A DNA stretch of 63,835 nucleotides, filler included, from Octopus bimaculoides (GCF_001194135.2; 7 parts of 7 records of this genome joined end to end with filler, not necessarily neighbours in it); one strand, 5' to 3'; shown: positions 24,486 through 39,120, counted from the first letter of the whole stretch. The notes: generated from the sequence alone by a model not told the origin. Made by a program: numbers and translations.

Positions 24486-27064
24486 AGTATCAGTTACTTA
24501 TTAAACGCAGACAGTAAGGTGCAAGGAAAATTAATTGTCGATATATAATTTATATCTAATGAAAACGGAAAAATCTACAGCTGAGACACCTAACGTACGC
24601 TATATATTGATATTTTTCTTTCGCATAAAACATAGAAGGTATTAATTCCTTTTTGGAATATAATAAGTTGTTTCAGCCCTAAAGGTTATAATCATATCCT
24701 GTTTAGCTCAACGTAGGTCTTCATCTTCCTATGATAATGGTTAATTATCAGATTATATATCCTTGGTTGATTATGTAAGGTGCTTTCTAGCATTTTATTA
24801 GTTTCCTGTTGATCAGTTGATTATTTAATCATCAGTATTGACACGCACATTTTCTCATTTACGCGAGTTTTCTAGACTCAATGATGCGCAATGGATCTTT
24901 ATGCCAAGCTCTCTTCTTCCTATCGAAATATCAACAACATTGTGGCTTAAACTATTGTTTATTACTGACTAGCAACTTCATTATTGCGATGTATTTACAC
25001 TCCTGCACATAGTTCTGTAGCTTAGCATGATGCAACTTCTATAAGCATCATTCAAGAACATAGAATATAAAATTTTCGACATTAAAAAATAGATTATTTG
25101 CTTATATTTTGTAAGACGTATATGAATGCTAAAGCTTTAGTTTTTATTTTCTCATGTGCAATTATGATTAATAATCTAATCCCTCTAATTTGCATTCATA
25201 TGATTTATATTTATTGTGTACATGGCTGTTCATAGAAAATCATGCATCTTCGAAACAGCATCTTCCTATTATTTAATATTCAATAGGCATTTGTTTAATA
25301 AGACTCTCGATATCACGCAATAAGTGTCGGAAGTAGGGATTGTCTAGCATAACTTTCTTATGAGTTTTGGCTGAATGACTGCAAAGAGATAATGCAGTTT
25401 ATATATTGCTGAGCAAATTAAAAGCATTATGGTTTATCTGGATAAAAAAACGAACTTTTTGTTCGTACCAATTTCAGTTAATCTGCACACTCTTTTAGAG
25501 TTACCATCACATTTTCAGTGATTATAGATAGAGATTTCTATGATGTATCCATAAAGTCGTTCACTCTTAGTATGTTTCTAATATTCCATTGCACAATAGA
25601 ATATAAATCTTCATTCTACATTTGAAGATAAATATGAATTTATATCAGAGCGCCTGGGAACTTTTCTTCCTTTCGATCTCAGTGCTATCCCAAGTCACTT
25701 TCATACATTATACCGTAGAGAAGAACATCATGTCTCAAGTGAACCCTCAATTTGAAAGACGGTATGTGTATTTTATCACTTGATAAGATACAATCCTTCA
25801 TAATCTGTTATTAAAACTGTCCTTGCATACAATATAACCATTGTGGTATTCGACAAAAAGTATTTCCTTCTCTTATTTCATCATAGATAGAATTTAAAAC
25901 AATGATTTCAGGGCGATATTTTGCTCATATGCGATTTGCTTTAGCCTGTTACTTTTATTATCCTGCATAGTATTGCATCAGTTAACCAGAATATATAGAA
26001 GATCGTGTGTTTTCCCAAAAGCCAGATTTATATATATTATCTGACATAGCGATGCTCCGATTCTCACGAATTTACTGAATTGATAGTAAGATGTATGTAT
26101 TTATTTTATCACAAGATAACGCATACCGTTGCACATTTCCTTAATCTTATTGTCAATGCCAATGAGACCAAAATTTCTATTTGCCCATTTCCACAAAATT
26201 TTATTTCGTTTATTGATACTATAAGGGAATAGTTTGTTGGAATGGCAGCCCTCATATGCTATATCATGTTATGCCATACCGTTTTTAAGCACGTTATTTA
26301 CTTTGCCAGCTACAAAACCTTCATATCCATATTTTCACTTAATTTAGTATGTAACTATATAATTGCTGTCAGAAATGTACGAGCATATCAATACTATTAA
26401 CAAGCAATGTGCCGTATTTTGATGCATTCTTGTCATTCAAATATATAGTATAAACTAGTGATAGAAGAAATACAAGCTTAAGACAACTGGCGAAACTTAA
26501 TGGAAATTATTAATGCAAGACGGGACTCTCATGAAAAATGTATTTTCCTAAACTCGCTTTTCAGATGGATTTTATTATCTGAATTCACGTAAGAAGATGT
26601 AATAGAACCAAGTAAAATGGCTATGGTAATACCATATACTTCCTTTCCTTTACATCTAATGATATATTCTATGCTATAAATGAATATCAATCAAACGACG
26701 AAAATGCATTTTCCAACGGTTATCTAATTTAATTAATCATATAGTTAGCTCCGAGATCAATAAACATTCAGATACAACAGGTTGTCAAAAGGGATAACGT
26801 CGTGTGCAGAAAAATGGCAATTCAGCAATAATGTTCAATTTATTCTAAAGTTGTTTGCTCAAACTATATATAAATACTTAAATCCCAGTATAAGAAAGCA
26901 ATTGAATTAAATATAGCCTTGAGTATTATAAGAACAGCAGTTAGGTTTCGTTTTACTTGCTCCCCACTCTTCTACAGAAAAAAAAACCCAATTAATAACA
27001 CAGTTCACAAGAAATTTACATCCATAGTTCAAAAGACGAACACATACAGAAAATGTCAGAACAG

Positions 27065-27136
<72 letters not shown>

Positions 27137-27465
27137 GAGCAAGAGATAGAAGTAAGATGACTCAAATAAACCAGTGGCATAGATTTGCATAATTGAGTTA
27201 AAGGAGAATGTGCTGAATGTTGTATGTGCAATAAATTCTTAATTTAATAACATTTGTGTCTGAATGGTAGACGGAAAATGAAAACCTAGCGGCAATAATA
27301 TATGCATGCATACGTACTTACATACATAAATGCATACGTATGTATAAATATGTATGTGTATATGCATATANNNNNNNNNNNNNNNNNNNNNNNNNNNNNN
27401 NNNNNNNNNNNNNNNNNNNNNNNNNNNNNNNNNNNNNNNNNNNNNNNNNNNNNNNNNNNNNNNNN

Positions 27466-27500
<35 letters not shown>

Positions 27501-28738
27501 GCACACACATATACATATGCATACACATGCACATATATGTATACACACACATATACATATAAATACACGCACATATACGTATACATATACATATACATAT
27601 ATATCGTATATATGTGCTTATATATATATATAACCATTTAACTTTGTGCATTCACATGCACACATGGCATATATCTAAATTATAAAAGTATATTTTGTGC
27701 AAATGCTTTTTAATGCAGTAATACAGTATCATTCTTTGTGTGGCTTAAAAACACACGTTAATCTTATATGAAAGGACATCTCACCACTCTTGCCTGAAAC
27801 AATACTGTTTAAAAATGTTGTATAATGAAAACTTTAGCAACACGATAACGAATCTATGCGCAGGAAATATGCGATAAATTACTTAGTACGGTGAAATATT
27901 GAGAATCATCTTTGTTAGTTTCTTATTGTGGCTTGTGTCTTTTCCAATTTCAGGTTATGCACACTATATTATTCCGAAAACCTGGCAGTGTTGCCAGTTT
28001 TGTTATAACTTTCGTATAGCCCCATAGATGTAAGTTCAATTCGTGTGATGTTCAGCTTTGTATATCACATTTTTGGCGTCGATGAAACAAATGCGCAATG
28101 CAGTACGTATTTTCTGTATTTCATTCATTCTTTCTTGTTTCCTTTTTTATAATTTCCTGATATTTGTCTATCTGATTCCCTTCTCTCTCACAAACTGGAC
28201 AAAATTCCCTGAGTTCTACCATAGCGTGGGATGCACTTCACTCCATGTAAAACGTATGACAATAACCAAATCAATATTAGAGATGTCAGAACCTAATAGA
28301 AGAAAACCTCTAGTTCATTGCATGCAGGTATCATTTCTAAAATATTCCCTAATGAAAATACTGATATCCTCCATTATATTAAGTATACTCGATTCCTTGG
28401 CAACACATCCTCAACATTAATGATTTATATCTGTGTCAAATATTTTTTCTGCAAATATTTAACAGAAATATAAGTGTAGTACATCTCGCAGGTATACATG
28501 TGTATTCTAATATGTATCCCTGTTAAGAAGCATCTAATTATATGCATATATGTAATTCTTGAAACGAATAAAGCTTCAAGCTAATGCAAGAAACTGGAAG
28601 ATTTACTATATATTACAAATTAGATTTGTAAAACTATAATTTTTATCGCTACACACGCGAGCACACATATACAAACACACACACACACGCACTCATACAC
28701 ACACACACACACACACACAACTGTGTGTGTGTGTGTGT

Positions 28739-28776
<38 letters not shown>

Positions 28777-28990
28777 ATATACATACATATATATGATCTT
28801 CCTTTGCAATATAATTTGCAGAACTATATACGAGGCGTCCGCATGAGATTGAACATGTATATAATTCTACCAATTGCATTTGGGGTAATATTTTAAAAGT
28901 CTTCGTTTGGGGCTGCCAAATACCCGAAATATTTAGGCAGAAAATAATTCTCTGCAGCGAATTTTGCCGGATAGAGTTCTGTAAATTTAA

Positions 28991-29391
28991 AATTTAAATA
29001 ATAAGGGTGAAAAATTGAATATTAATTTGATTAATATCAATTTAAAACCAGTGGCCTAGTGAAGAGTTGCAGGCAATTACGTACGTAATTGCGTAAATAG
29101 TTAACTACGAAACCAGTCTATGATTAATTCTTTATATTTTGTATCCTTTCATTTGTCTTGCTCGCTTACGTTCTGGTGTTTGCTAAATTTTCTTGGGAAC
29201 AATCTTTTCTTAGTGGTCAGACCGTGGGTGGTCTTCTAGCAAAAGAGATGTCCACTTCTTGGTCATCCCTCTTATATATAAGATATGTAATATATATTTT
29301 CTGAATCTTCAGATTTTTCAATTTGCTAGGCCACTGGTTTTAAATTTATATTAATCAAATTGATATTCAATTTTTCACCCTTATTTAAATT
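28991..29391. mobile_element. Foldback/MITE with ~68-bp near-identical TIRs
   Basis: 28991-29059 vs the reverse complement of 29326-29391 (taagggtgaaaaattgaatat.aatttgattaatat.aatttaaaaccagtggcctag). Confidence 0.85.
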
Positions 29392-29800
29392 CATATATAT
29401 ATATATATATATATANNNNNNNNNNNNNNNNNNNNNNNNNNNNNNNNNNNNNNNNNNNNNNNNNNNNNNNNNNNNNNNNNNNNNNNNNNNNNNNNNNNNN
29501 NNNNNNNNNNNNNNNNNNNNNNNNNNNNNNNNNNNNNNNNNNNNNNNNNNNNNNNNNNNNNNNNNNNNNNNNNNNNNNNNNNNNNNNNNNNNNNNNNNNN
29601 NNNNNNNNNNNNNNNNNNNNNNNNNNNNNNNNNNNNNNNNNNNNNNNNNNNNNNNNNNNNNNNNNNNNNNNNNNNNNNNNNNNNNNNNNNNNNNNNNNNN
29701 NNNNNNNNNNNNNNNNNNNNNNNNNNNNNNNNNNNNNNNNNNNNNNNNNNNNNNNNNNNNNNNNNNNNNNNNNNNNNNNNNNNNNNNNNNNNNNNNNNNN

Positions 29801-29833
<33 letters not shown>

Positions 29834-30277
29834 ATATAGGTTAAATCGCAACTGCTTCCTCTTAAAGATCTTCCACTGATTTCAATATTAGAATCGAATA
29901 TATTTAGCCTCAGTTGCTTCTGGGTCTTAGTGCAAAATACAAAATAAAATTGAGAATTATGGAAATATTATTTGCAGAGACATTGTATAAAAAAAAGATA
30001 GGGCGTTGGAAACTTATCTGTTACTATTTATTAATCATTATACATGTTTCATCTGCTAATAAGAGTTACAAAGTTTTACGCTCCTAAATCGACATTTACT
30101 GAATTTCCTATTGGTCGTCCTCAGACAGAAAATTTAGATAATCAATTAATTTCTACGTCTAAAGAATTTCTGATAGGACATTCCTAATATGTCTATCTAA
30201 CATATAAAGCTTTGCAATTTCTATTAACAAGTGAGACACGTGTAATAGTACCAACTATTTCCAATTCCCCTATTTGG

Positions 30278-30340
<63 letters not shown>

Positions 30341-30516
30341 CACATACACGCAGACACACATATCTGTAGATTTCGTAATGAGCTATTCGCTTGAATAGTT
30401 GTAATAGTTGTAACAACCGGTATGATCTAGATGCATAAAGATAAAAATATAAAGCCGCAAACAGTTATGCATACATTCATGTAGATATACGCGCCCACAC
30501 ACTCATAAATACACAC

Positions 30517-30553
<37 letters not shown>

Positions 30554-33392
30554 TTTACATAATATACTATATAGAAATATGTCATACATATATAAGCGCG
30601 TATGTATATATCTATGTTTGTGTGTGTATGTATGTGTGTATATGTGCCTGTATGCGTGTATGTTTGAGTGTGTGTGTCTGTGTGTGCGTGCGTTTGTGCG
30701 TGTGCGTGCGCATACGTCCATGCACAAAATATATGTGTGGATGGTTCTTAAAAACTCATTTTCATATAATTTCCATTCCACATTTAATCTTCAACCTTTC
30801 TTCATGGGAAAACACTACATAAATAAAGAATGGATAAAAGCAAATGAATTATAATGGCAATAGGTATGAAGAGATTCTTTGGTTGTGTTTGTCTTATTTT
30901 GTCTGCTTTAGTTGATAACATTGCTGGCGTTGGCAATGTGGAGAATGTGGTCGATAGGGAAACATATTGATCTTATAAGTATTCAATTGCGTGACTGTGC
31001 CGTTTCAAACATGAAACAGATTTAGAATTTGACTGAATCTTATCTTCAATAATAGAGACCGTTGATTGATCTGATCAGTATAATATCTCTGAACGCTATA
31101 AATATCTATTATTTCGAGGCTTAGCGACGATAAATTGATGCTAGAATGACTGAAGTTTAATTTTGTTTGAAACATATAGGAAAACTTAATAAACTTCAAT
31201 TAAGGCTGAACATGATATAAATTCTAGTTAAACATGATTTTCTACTGAATAGGCACGGACTCACTTCGGAACAGAAAAGAACACACATTCCAACATTGTC
31301 CAGTAAGTGTTCCTTCGTTCAGTACTGGTATGGTTTAACAAAAATGTTAATAAATGAAGAGAAACTAAATAAATGGTGCATTAGATTTTTACACTCATTC
31401 ATTCAGAAAATATAATTTCGTTCATTACACGTATGTTCGTAGAAATATGAATAAAAAAAGAAGTAGGGTTAAATGTATGCTACATTAAAAATTGCAATAT
31501 TGACAATAATTTACGACACTTCTCTCCTGCTCTCCAATAGAGAGAAGTTATAATACATAGAATCATGCGCATTACATTGAGGAATCTTCTAGCTGTTTAC
31601 GTGAATGAATGTGATTAAATTTGTTGTACATTAAACACCACATCATAGCATGTTGACCTAAAATCTCTCTCTAAATGAATATGTGGTTCTCGAGAAGAAA
31701 TTCAGTGTTTATAAATGTCATGTGCCAGTGGATACATACTATCACACTATAGTACTATCACACATACATACTATACATACTATCACACCAAAAATTCTGT
31801 TGGTGAACAGTAAATGTTTCGTTCTGCGTATTAAATTTCACGTTTAAGTCAATACTCACCACAATCATTCTAGCCTTCGCCGTCACGTCTTCAGTTTCAG
31901 ATGTGTATATATATATTATCAATAATAGTGAATCAAACAAGAATTTAATTTCTATTTAATCTAATTGGAGAGGTAGAAGTAATTTCAAGGCCTGCATAAT
32001 AGCCTGCATAAGAGCATAGATTCGTCATGTCTATACCCATCCATCACCGTTGATTTTGCTGTGGAGATATGCGTGGACATGATCAGCGAGTTCTACGTGG
32101 CAAGTCGTAATGTTCATATAGTAGAACTGATCCACTTCTTCAACTTACATGCGAATAAACTTGCAAAACTTATACATAAACGTTAAGTTTGTAACTCATC
32201 TCTTTACCACCTCTAATGCTACAACGGAAATTTTCTGTTGACTCTGTATACCAGCACTCAAGTCTTTCCCTTGCTACTTGAACGATGTGGGTATCAGAAT
32301 GCTTCTTCAGATATTTTAATACGCCCCATGGGAAGCAACAGATGCTTCAATAACTAAATCCTCTGATTTTCTCTTTTCTTATTGCTGGATAATGTCTTGG
32401 GTGAGTGTCGAGTTTAGATATGACCTTTTATACGCCAAATCATATTTCCTTATCTTCTATTACTTTACCGTGTGTCGGTGTTATATCAGAGGTGCTACAC
32501 TAAACTTTAGCTTCTTAGATTGATTTTTCAAAGTTTTCTATGCACGTCTTCATTATTCCGCAATCACGCATTTCTTTTCTGTTTCTTCTCATTAGTTTGG
32601 TATCTGATAATATCATATAATAGTTACGTGACATTGTGGAATAACAAAAGTCGTAAAATAAACAAATTATGTACACACGCACACATACACACACGCACAC
32701 ATATTCACACAAGCACACACACGCACGCAAATACACATATAAATGTGGTTTTATCGTTATTTTGATTAACGTTGCTTTGTAACAAATACACTAAATATAG
32801 ACATGGGTAAGCGATTTATATTATGCACCGCTGTGTGGAGGGTGAAAACAGAGAAAAAGAGGATTAAATTGGATTACCTGTTGGGACTTACCTAACGATC
32901 AGCTATGAATGTTAGCTCCGCGCATCAGAAAGACTGTTTTTGAAAGACATTCTTTTGGGGAACTTGATAAAGAAGCTTGTCCGATTTGCACAGAAAATGC
33001 ATATATGTTAGAATCCAATGTCACAAAAATGTGTAACATCATACTCTTCTTTTGTTTCATTTTCTTTCATTTTAGACATTCTTGTATTTGGCAAAACTTT
33101 ATGTATGGAAAGAAGAGTTATGGACAGTTAAAGGGGTAATACTTTCATTGATGCCAGGACAACATTCTATGAAAACTATTTAGGCTTCTGTTGTTTTCCT
33201 GTTCTCGAAGATATCATAAATAATGTCAAATCGCTTATATCGTCTAATAGATACTGTGTGAGGTAAGCGTGGTAAACATCGATTTATTCCGTNNNNNNNN
33301 NNNNNNNNNNNNNNNNNNNNNNNNNNNNNNNNNNNNTTAATTAATTAANNNNNNNNNNNNNNNNNNNNNNNNNNNNNNNNNNNNNNNNNNNN

Positions 33393-33424
<32 letters not shown>

Positions 33425-35061
33425 TGTATGTATGCTAATGCATATGCTGTAGGACAATTCGTACGTGATTCACTACCCGAGGTCATTAGTCAGGTTTGGG
33501 AATAACAATACTTTATATTCAAATTGAGGTTGGAAACATTACCTTGAATAACTCACACAACACACATATGCTCAAAATTTAATGCAGCATGTTTGTGTTT
33601 GTGTTATTATTTAGCACCACGTCAACTTAGACCAAGAAGTTCTATTCTTCTATTTTTCTATGCTTGCCTGTCCCTTCATTTCAAGGGGTATGTTTGACAT
33701 GTTCTTTCTTGTTTAAGACGGTCGGTTTCGATATTGAACTCTAAGAGAAACTAGACTACAGCCTCTGGATATAAGTTTTGAGGAAATATCCCAAGTTTTC
33801 ATCGAATCCATCAAGATTTCCTTTGTGACCACCATTTTACATATACCTGTACTACTTTTTTGATGATGAAATGTAGCATAGCTTTCTAAGTACTGTTGAC
33901 ATCGTTGTTTAACCCCGGGACAGAAATATATCAACAGAAATATGCAAAAAACAAGTTACCCTATTTGTTGGCGTATACGACGTGCTATATTCTGAAAAAA
34001 ATGTCTGAAAAATGCTTCTCGGATCCTATACGCGAAGTTTCTTTAAATGCTGTTTTTTTTTTTTTTTGAAATTGGAATGCGTCTTATATAGCTATCTGTC
34101 TTTTATGCCATCAAACACGATTATTTATGCATCAAAAATTCAACAGATCCTGTGTCAAGAATTGTAAGGGGAGTTTTTACACAGATGTATAATATTATAG
34201 GGGAGTAGAAATAAAACAATATATTGAAAAACTTTTTTAAATTTCCTTGTGATTAATTACTGAAGGATGCCATCCGCGTGAAAAACAATTTGAGTACAAC
34301 GAGAATCAACAGATCTGTATATACATACACACACACACACACTCACACACACACACACACACACATACACACACACACACACACACACTCACATACACAC
34401 ATATATATATAATAATCTTTTCTACTATTAGGCACAAGGCCTGAGATTTAGAGGCGGGTAAGTCAATTACATCTACTGCAATGCTTCACTGGTACTTAAT
34501 TTATCGACTGCGAAAGGATGAAAGGCCTAGTACTTATTCTATCGGTCTCTTTTGCCGAATCGATAAATTACAGGATCGTAAACACACCAACATCGGTCTC
34601 AAACGATGTTGGTAGGACAAGCACAAACAAANNNNNNNNNNNNNNNNNNNNNNNNNNNNNNNNNNNNNNNNNNNNNNNNNNNNNNNNNNNNNNNNNNNNN
34701 NNNNNNNNNNNNNNNNNNNNNNNNNNNNNNNNNNNNNNNNNNNNNNNNNNNNNNNNNNNNNNNNNNNNNNNNNNNNNNNNNNNNNNNNNNNNNNNNNNNN
34801 NNNNNNNNNNNNNNNNNNNNNNNNNNNNNNNNNNNNNNNNNNNNNNNNNNNNNNNNNNNNNNNNNNNNNNNNNNNNNNNNNNNNNNNNNNNNNNNNNNNN
34901 NNNNNNNNNNNNNNNNNNNNNNNNNNNNNNNNNNNNNNNNNNNNNNTGGGGCTAAAAGCAACAGTAACATCCACCCCTAGGGGTCAGCCACACTTAAGTG
35001 GCAATATACTACACTTTATCGTGCAGTTACTGTTAATACTTCATTTAGAGAATTAACATTG

Positions 35062-35092
<31 letters not shown>

Positions 35093-35096
<4 letters not shown>

Positions 35097-35215
35097 ACGG
35101 ACTTCTTTCAGTTTCCCTCTATCAAATCCACTCACACGGCTTTGGTCTACCCAAGGCTGTAGTAGAAGACATGTGCCCAAAGTACCACGCAGTGAGACTG
35201 AACCTGGAACCATAT
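35093..35215 (-). mobile_element. SINE family A, 5' half
   Basis: Reverse complement of the family A head. Confidence 0.8.
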
Positions 35216-35975
35216 GTATTTATATATATATATATATATATCTGTGTGTGTTTGTATGTGTGTGTATGTATGTATGTATGTATGTATGTTTTTGTGATTG
35301 TGTGTACAAGGGCAGAGAGAACGAGAGAAAGAGGAAACTGAATATGTAATATTCATCTTTGAATGTGTGAGTGCGCGTATTTCTTCACTGGTATGCATGT
35401 GTATGTGTGTACTTGCAGTGTATGTGTACGTCAAGTGGAGACATTTTTGATATTCTTGACATTTCGTAGCATTTTTATTTTCAAATAACTTCGCACTTTT
35501 CAGCAGCACACGCAATTATAAAAATAACTGTCTCGCCACATCGAAATAGAAGCGCTCGCACACGTTATCTTTTATGTTCTTTTCCAAAATAGTTGTGTGA
35601 TATGATAATAGTTTGACTGCTATGTGTAGCATTTCGAGCGACCACCTCGTAAAGCTTCCCTCACTGGTACGTTTGAGCTTCAGCTTTTAGGATTTAAAGA
35701 CTTAAATGCATTAAAGATAACAACACACAAAGAGAAAGCTGAATAGTATGGGTGAAGAGGAGACTAGATAAACAACTGCTTGAGGGAAGACACCATTCAT
35801 ATACAGGCAAGCAAATAGATACTCCATATCGGTGAGTAAATCTTTCTAATTAGCATTAGCTTTGTAGTTGAATGAGAGTTACGACAGTTCCTTTCACGAA
35901 CAGTAACTGGTCCGCTGGTCCACTGGTCTGCTGGGTCGCTGGTCCGACATTGAGTTATAAAGTCAAGTTACAATA

Positions 35976-36452
35976 TTACCCTCAGGGGGCGCTAGTGTTG
36001 GAATATTCGTGAATAAGTCACTAACTGAAATAAGTGAATCTATTGTTCAAGAAAAAACTATTTACTTGTTTAAGGGTTGTACTGGATAAATTGCGAAAAT
36101 AACTCTAACAGTTCAAATACTAGGAAATAAACATACTCAATTTCATTTTTACCAAATAATTTAGGAAAATGAATGGTTTATTTCCTCTGGCTATATATAA
36201 GGATCCCTTCTAGGGGTGAATGGGTTATTTCCCTTGGTTTTAAAAATAAGATATATTAGATATTATAAGGATCCTTTCCAGGGGCCCTATTATCGATTTT
36301 GTTAACAATCTGAGTATACCATGAGGTTTCTAGACATGAGTTCTAGCCATGTGTCAAGCTTCATTAAAATCGATAAAACGACGTAGGAGGAGTTAGCTAA
36401 CAACTCCACAAACACACCCACAGACTGAAGTTCCCATATATGCAGTAGATAT
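35976..36452 (+). mobile_element. Dispersed Helentron/HINE-like repeat, copy 2
   Basis: Colinear with 2651-3080; has an internal ~50-bp duplication. Confidence 0.6.
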
Positions 36453-37404
36453 ATGTGTGTGCGTGTGTTTGTGTGTGTGTGCGTTTGTCAAATATTTGTG
36501 TATCTATCTGTCTATCTATCTATCTATATAAATGAATGGTATACATAACGTGTATTATAAGAAAATATATTAAATTTATACCTTGCAGAAAATAAATCAC
36601 GATTTGAAATTATAATTTTAACTAGTTTTATACAGTGTTTATCAGGTCAGTTCTTTACTAAATGTTGATTAACTTAATCAAAATTCAATATATACTATAC
36701 ACATGACCGAGAACCTTGCTATGTTTACCGAAGTGGTTTTGCTAACCCTTTCATATATCATAATTTTATTGCAAATTATAACGTTAAGTAGTTATACCGC
36801 CTTCTTCTCCATAGAATCTTATAATTTAATCAGAATCGCACTTACGTTTAAATGTTTAAATACCTGAGATTTTGCTGTTAAATTCCCTTATTTTATAAAT
36901 GACTTGATCTCAGACTATGTGTTGAAGATTAATTAAAAGACAGAAGAATCATCGCAGCCGTTTAAGAAGGCACAAAATCTATGACGTTTAAACTTCATCT
37001 GGTCGGTCGACTTGCCTGGACCAATAAGACAGATTGCTCTTTCGATTGCTAGGTGTCTCACTTTTGTATGCCACGACTACAGATCATACAAGTAGATCGC
37101 TAACGGAAGTGATTGATCCTCGCTGTTGTCAGTTTGTCGACTGCTCATCAGTTCACATCTAGTGATAACCGCCATTGCTCTAAACAAGTACGTCTGCTGA
37201 AATAGTTAATATCCACCATGCTGCAACCCATGATTTTTACATAACCCTGTCTTCGCTGGTTATCGGATACTAGACCTTTCCAAGTGAATGGGCTAGCCTC
37301 TGTAATTGGTTCCAGAGAAGCTTATTCCCATATTCACAACTGTTCTCTATTTACATGCTAATTAACCCATTGCTGACAGAATGGGTTAATTAGCGGGCAA
37401 AATC

Positions 37405-37595
37405 GTTAGCACAATTGGCAGAATGCTTAGCGGCATTTCACTTATCTTCATGTTCTGAGTTCAAATTTCGCCGAGGTCGACTTTATCTTTCATCTTTTCG
37501 GGGTCGATACTATAAGTAACAGTTGAACAACGGGGTGACGTAATCGACTTACTCCTTCCCCAAAGAACGCTGGCCTTGTGCCAAAATTTGAAATC
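37405..37595 (+). mobile_element. SINE family B
   Basis: ttggcagaatgcttagcggcatttc...ctgagttcaaatttcgccgaggtcgac...ggggtcgat. Confidence 0.85.
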
Positions 37596-37901
37596 TATTA
37601 AACCATAGCTGCTCTATGTCAGAGCAGACCTACGAACAATAGTAACAAAGGGGTGGCTGCACTTTCCTCAAAACACTGGAACACCGAAGTCAGGGCCCCA
37701 CACCTGGATACGGTTTAAAGTCATATCCAAGTCATATGAAAGTAACTTTCCATTTATTTCATAAAATTAGTCTGTCATTAAGAGTCGAAGTTTCTTCATT
37801 TTTCTACGATCAATCATTAATGCAATTTTACTGCAGATGCAGAATCAGTCACTTGGGTTAATTAACAGCATCGTTAAAAATAAGAAAAAGAGTAGGTACA
37901 G

Positions 37902-38350
37902 ACATGGTTGTGCGGCTAAGAAGTTTCCTTTCCTATACTATGTCGTCTTGGGCTCTGTTCCACTGTGTTACATCTTGGGTAAGTGTTTTCTGCTATATCC
38001 CAGAACCGACCAAAGCCTTCCGAGTAGATTTTGTAAACGGAAACTCGAAGATGAATGTCGTATGTATATGTATACATACGTACACACACACACACACACG
38101 CACACACACGCACACATACACACATATATATATAGCTGTGTGTATCGTTGTGTTTGTCTCTTCCCATCACTTAACAATCGGTGTTGTTTGGTTTTATCCC
38201 CATAATCCAGCGGTTTAGCAAAAGTGACCGACAGAATAAGTAGCAAACTTAACAATAAGTACTGGGGTCGATTTGTTCAACTAAACTCCTCAATGTTGGG
38301 CCCCAGCCCGGCCGTAGTCCAATGACTGAAGCAAGTAAAAGATAAAAAGA
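37902..38350 (+). mobile_element. SINE family A, full length
   Basis: Head, internal (CA)n and tail ...aatgactgaagcaagtaaaag. Confidence 0.85.
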
Positions 38351-38739
38351 ATTGCATTTTGATTTGAAAAGAAAAATTATGATTATCTGTATAAACCAGG
38401 TTTATAATCTGAAAATAATATCATTGAATGGCCAAATCATATATCTTGATTTATGGTACTATCAAATCGCACATCAAGATATGACATTTGCAAGTCATAT
38501 ATTAAATATAACGGTCTTAAGTTACTTATCAGTTTCTATTTGAAACTTAAATATTTTAATGTGATGCTTTTTTAAGTCATATATCAAAAACTTAAGGAAA
38601 ACAAAATGGGTTAGGAAGGAAGGTGATGGGTGTCAGTTCATAAAAAGGGTGTGGAAAACAACACTATGATGAACTACTGACATGAGAAAAATAGGGAGAC
38701 GATGCGAAGACTGAAGGAGAGAAAAGCTGTACAGTGACG

Positions 38740-39120
38740 GTGACGCCCAGCTTCTCTTCTAGCTACCTCGTATAATTCTCTGCTACTCCCATTCTTCCAA
38801 TACTTCCAAGCTTGTCTCTCTGCTTTTATGGTTCTGTTTTCGTCATTGTTCCACCTTCATTTTCATCATCGGTCAGGCTGGAACTCTGCCCTAGCCACAG
38901 ATTTATCTGTAGCCCTCGGTAAGTTGTCTTGGAAGAAATTCCAGCTCTCCTGTATGTTGTGTGCCTTTATCTCCCTCTCCTGCTTAACAAAATCTTCGAT
39001 TAGGACTTCTAAATCTCTGACAACTCAATAGAACTTTTAGCTTTCATATCTTCCTTGTCTTTTATCTCTGAATTCTTCTAGCTCTACGTCCGAAGTCACT
39101 AACCAATAATGTATTCATCA
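38740..39120 (-). mobile_element. RTE-clade LINE fragment (linker between endonuclease and RT)
   Basis: LLVSDF.RRARRI ... QESWNFFQDNLPRATD ... WNNDENRTIKAERQAWKYWKNGSSRELYEVARREA, with stops. Confidence 0.8.

Noticed and set aside
27954-28029. Strong acceptor/donor pair (tttcag|G...AT|gtaagt)
   Set aside because: All three frames contain stops; it could only be a non-coding exon, and nothing links it to a gene.
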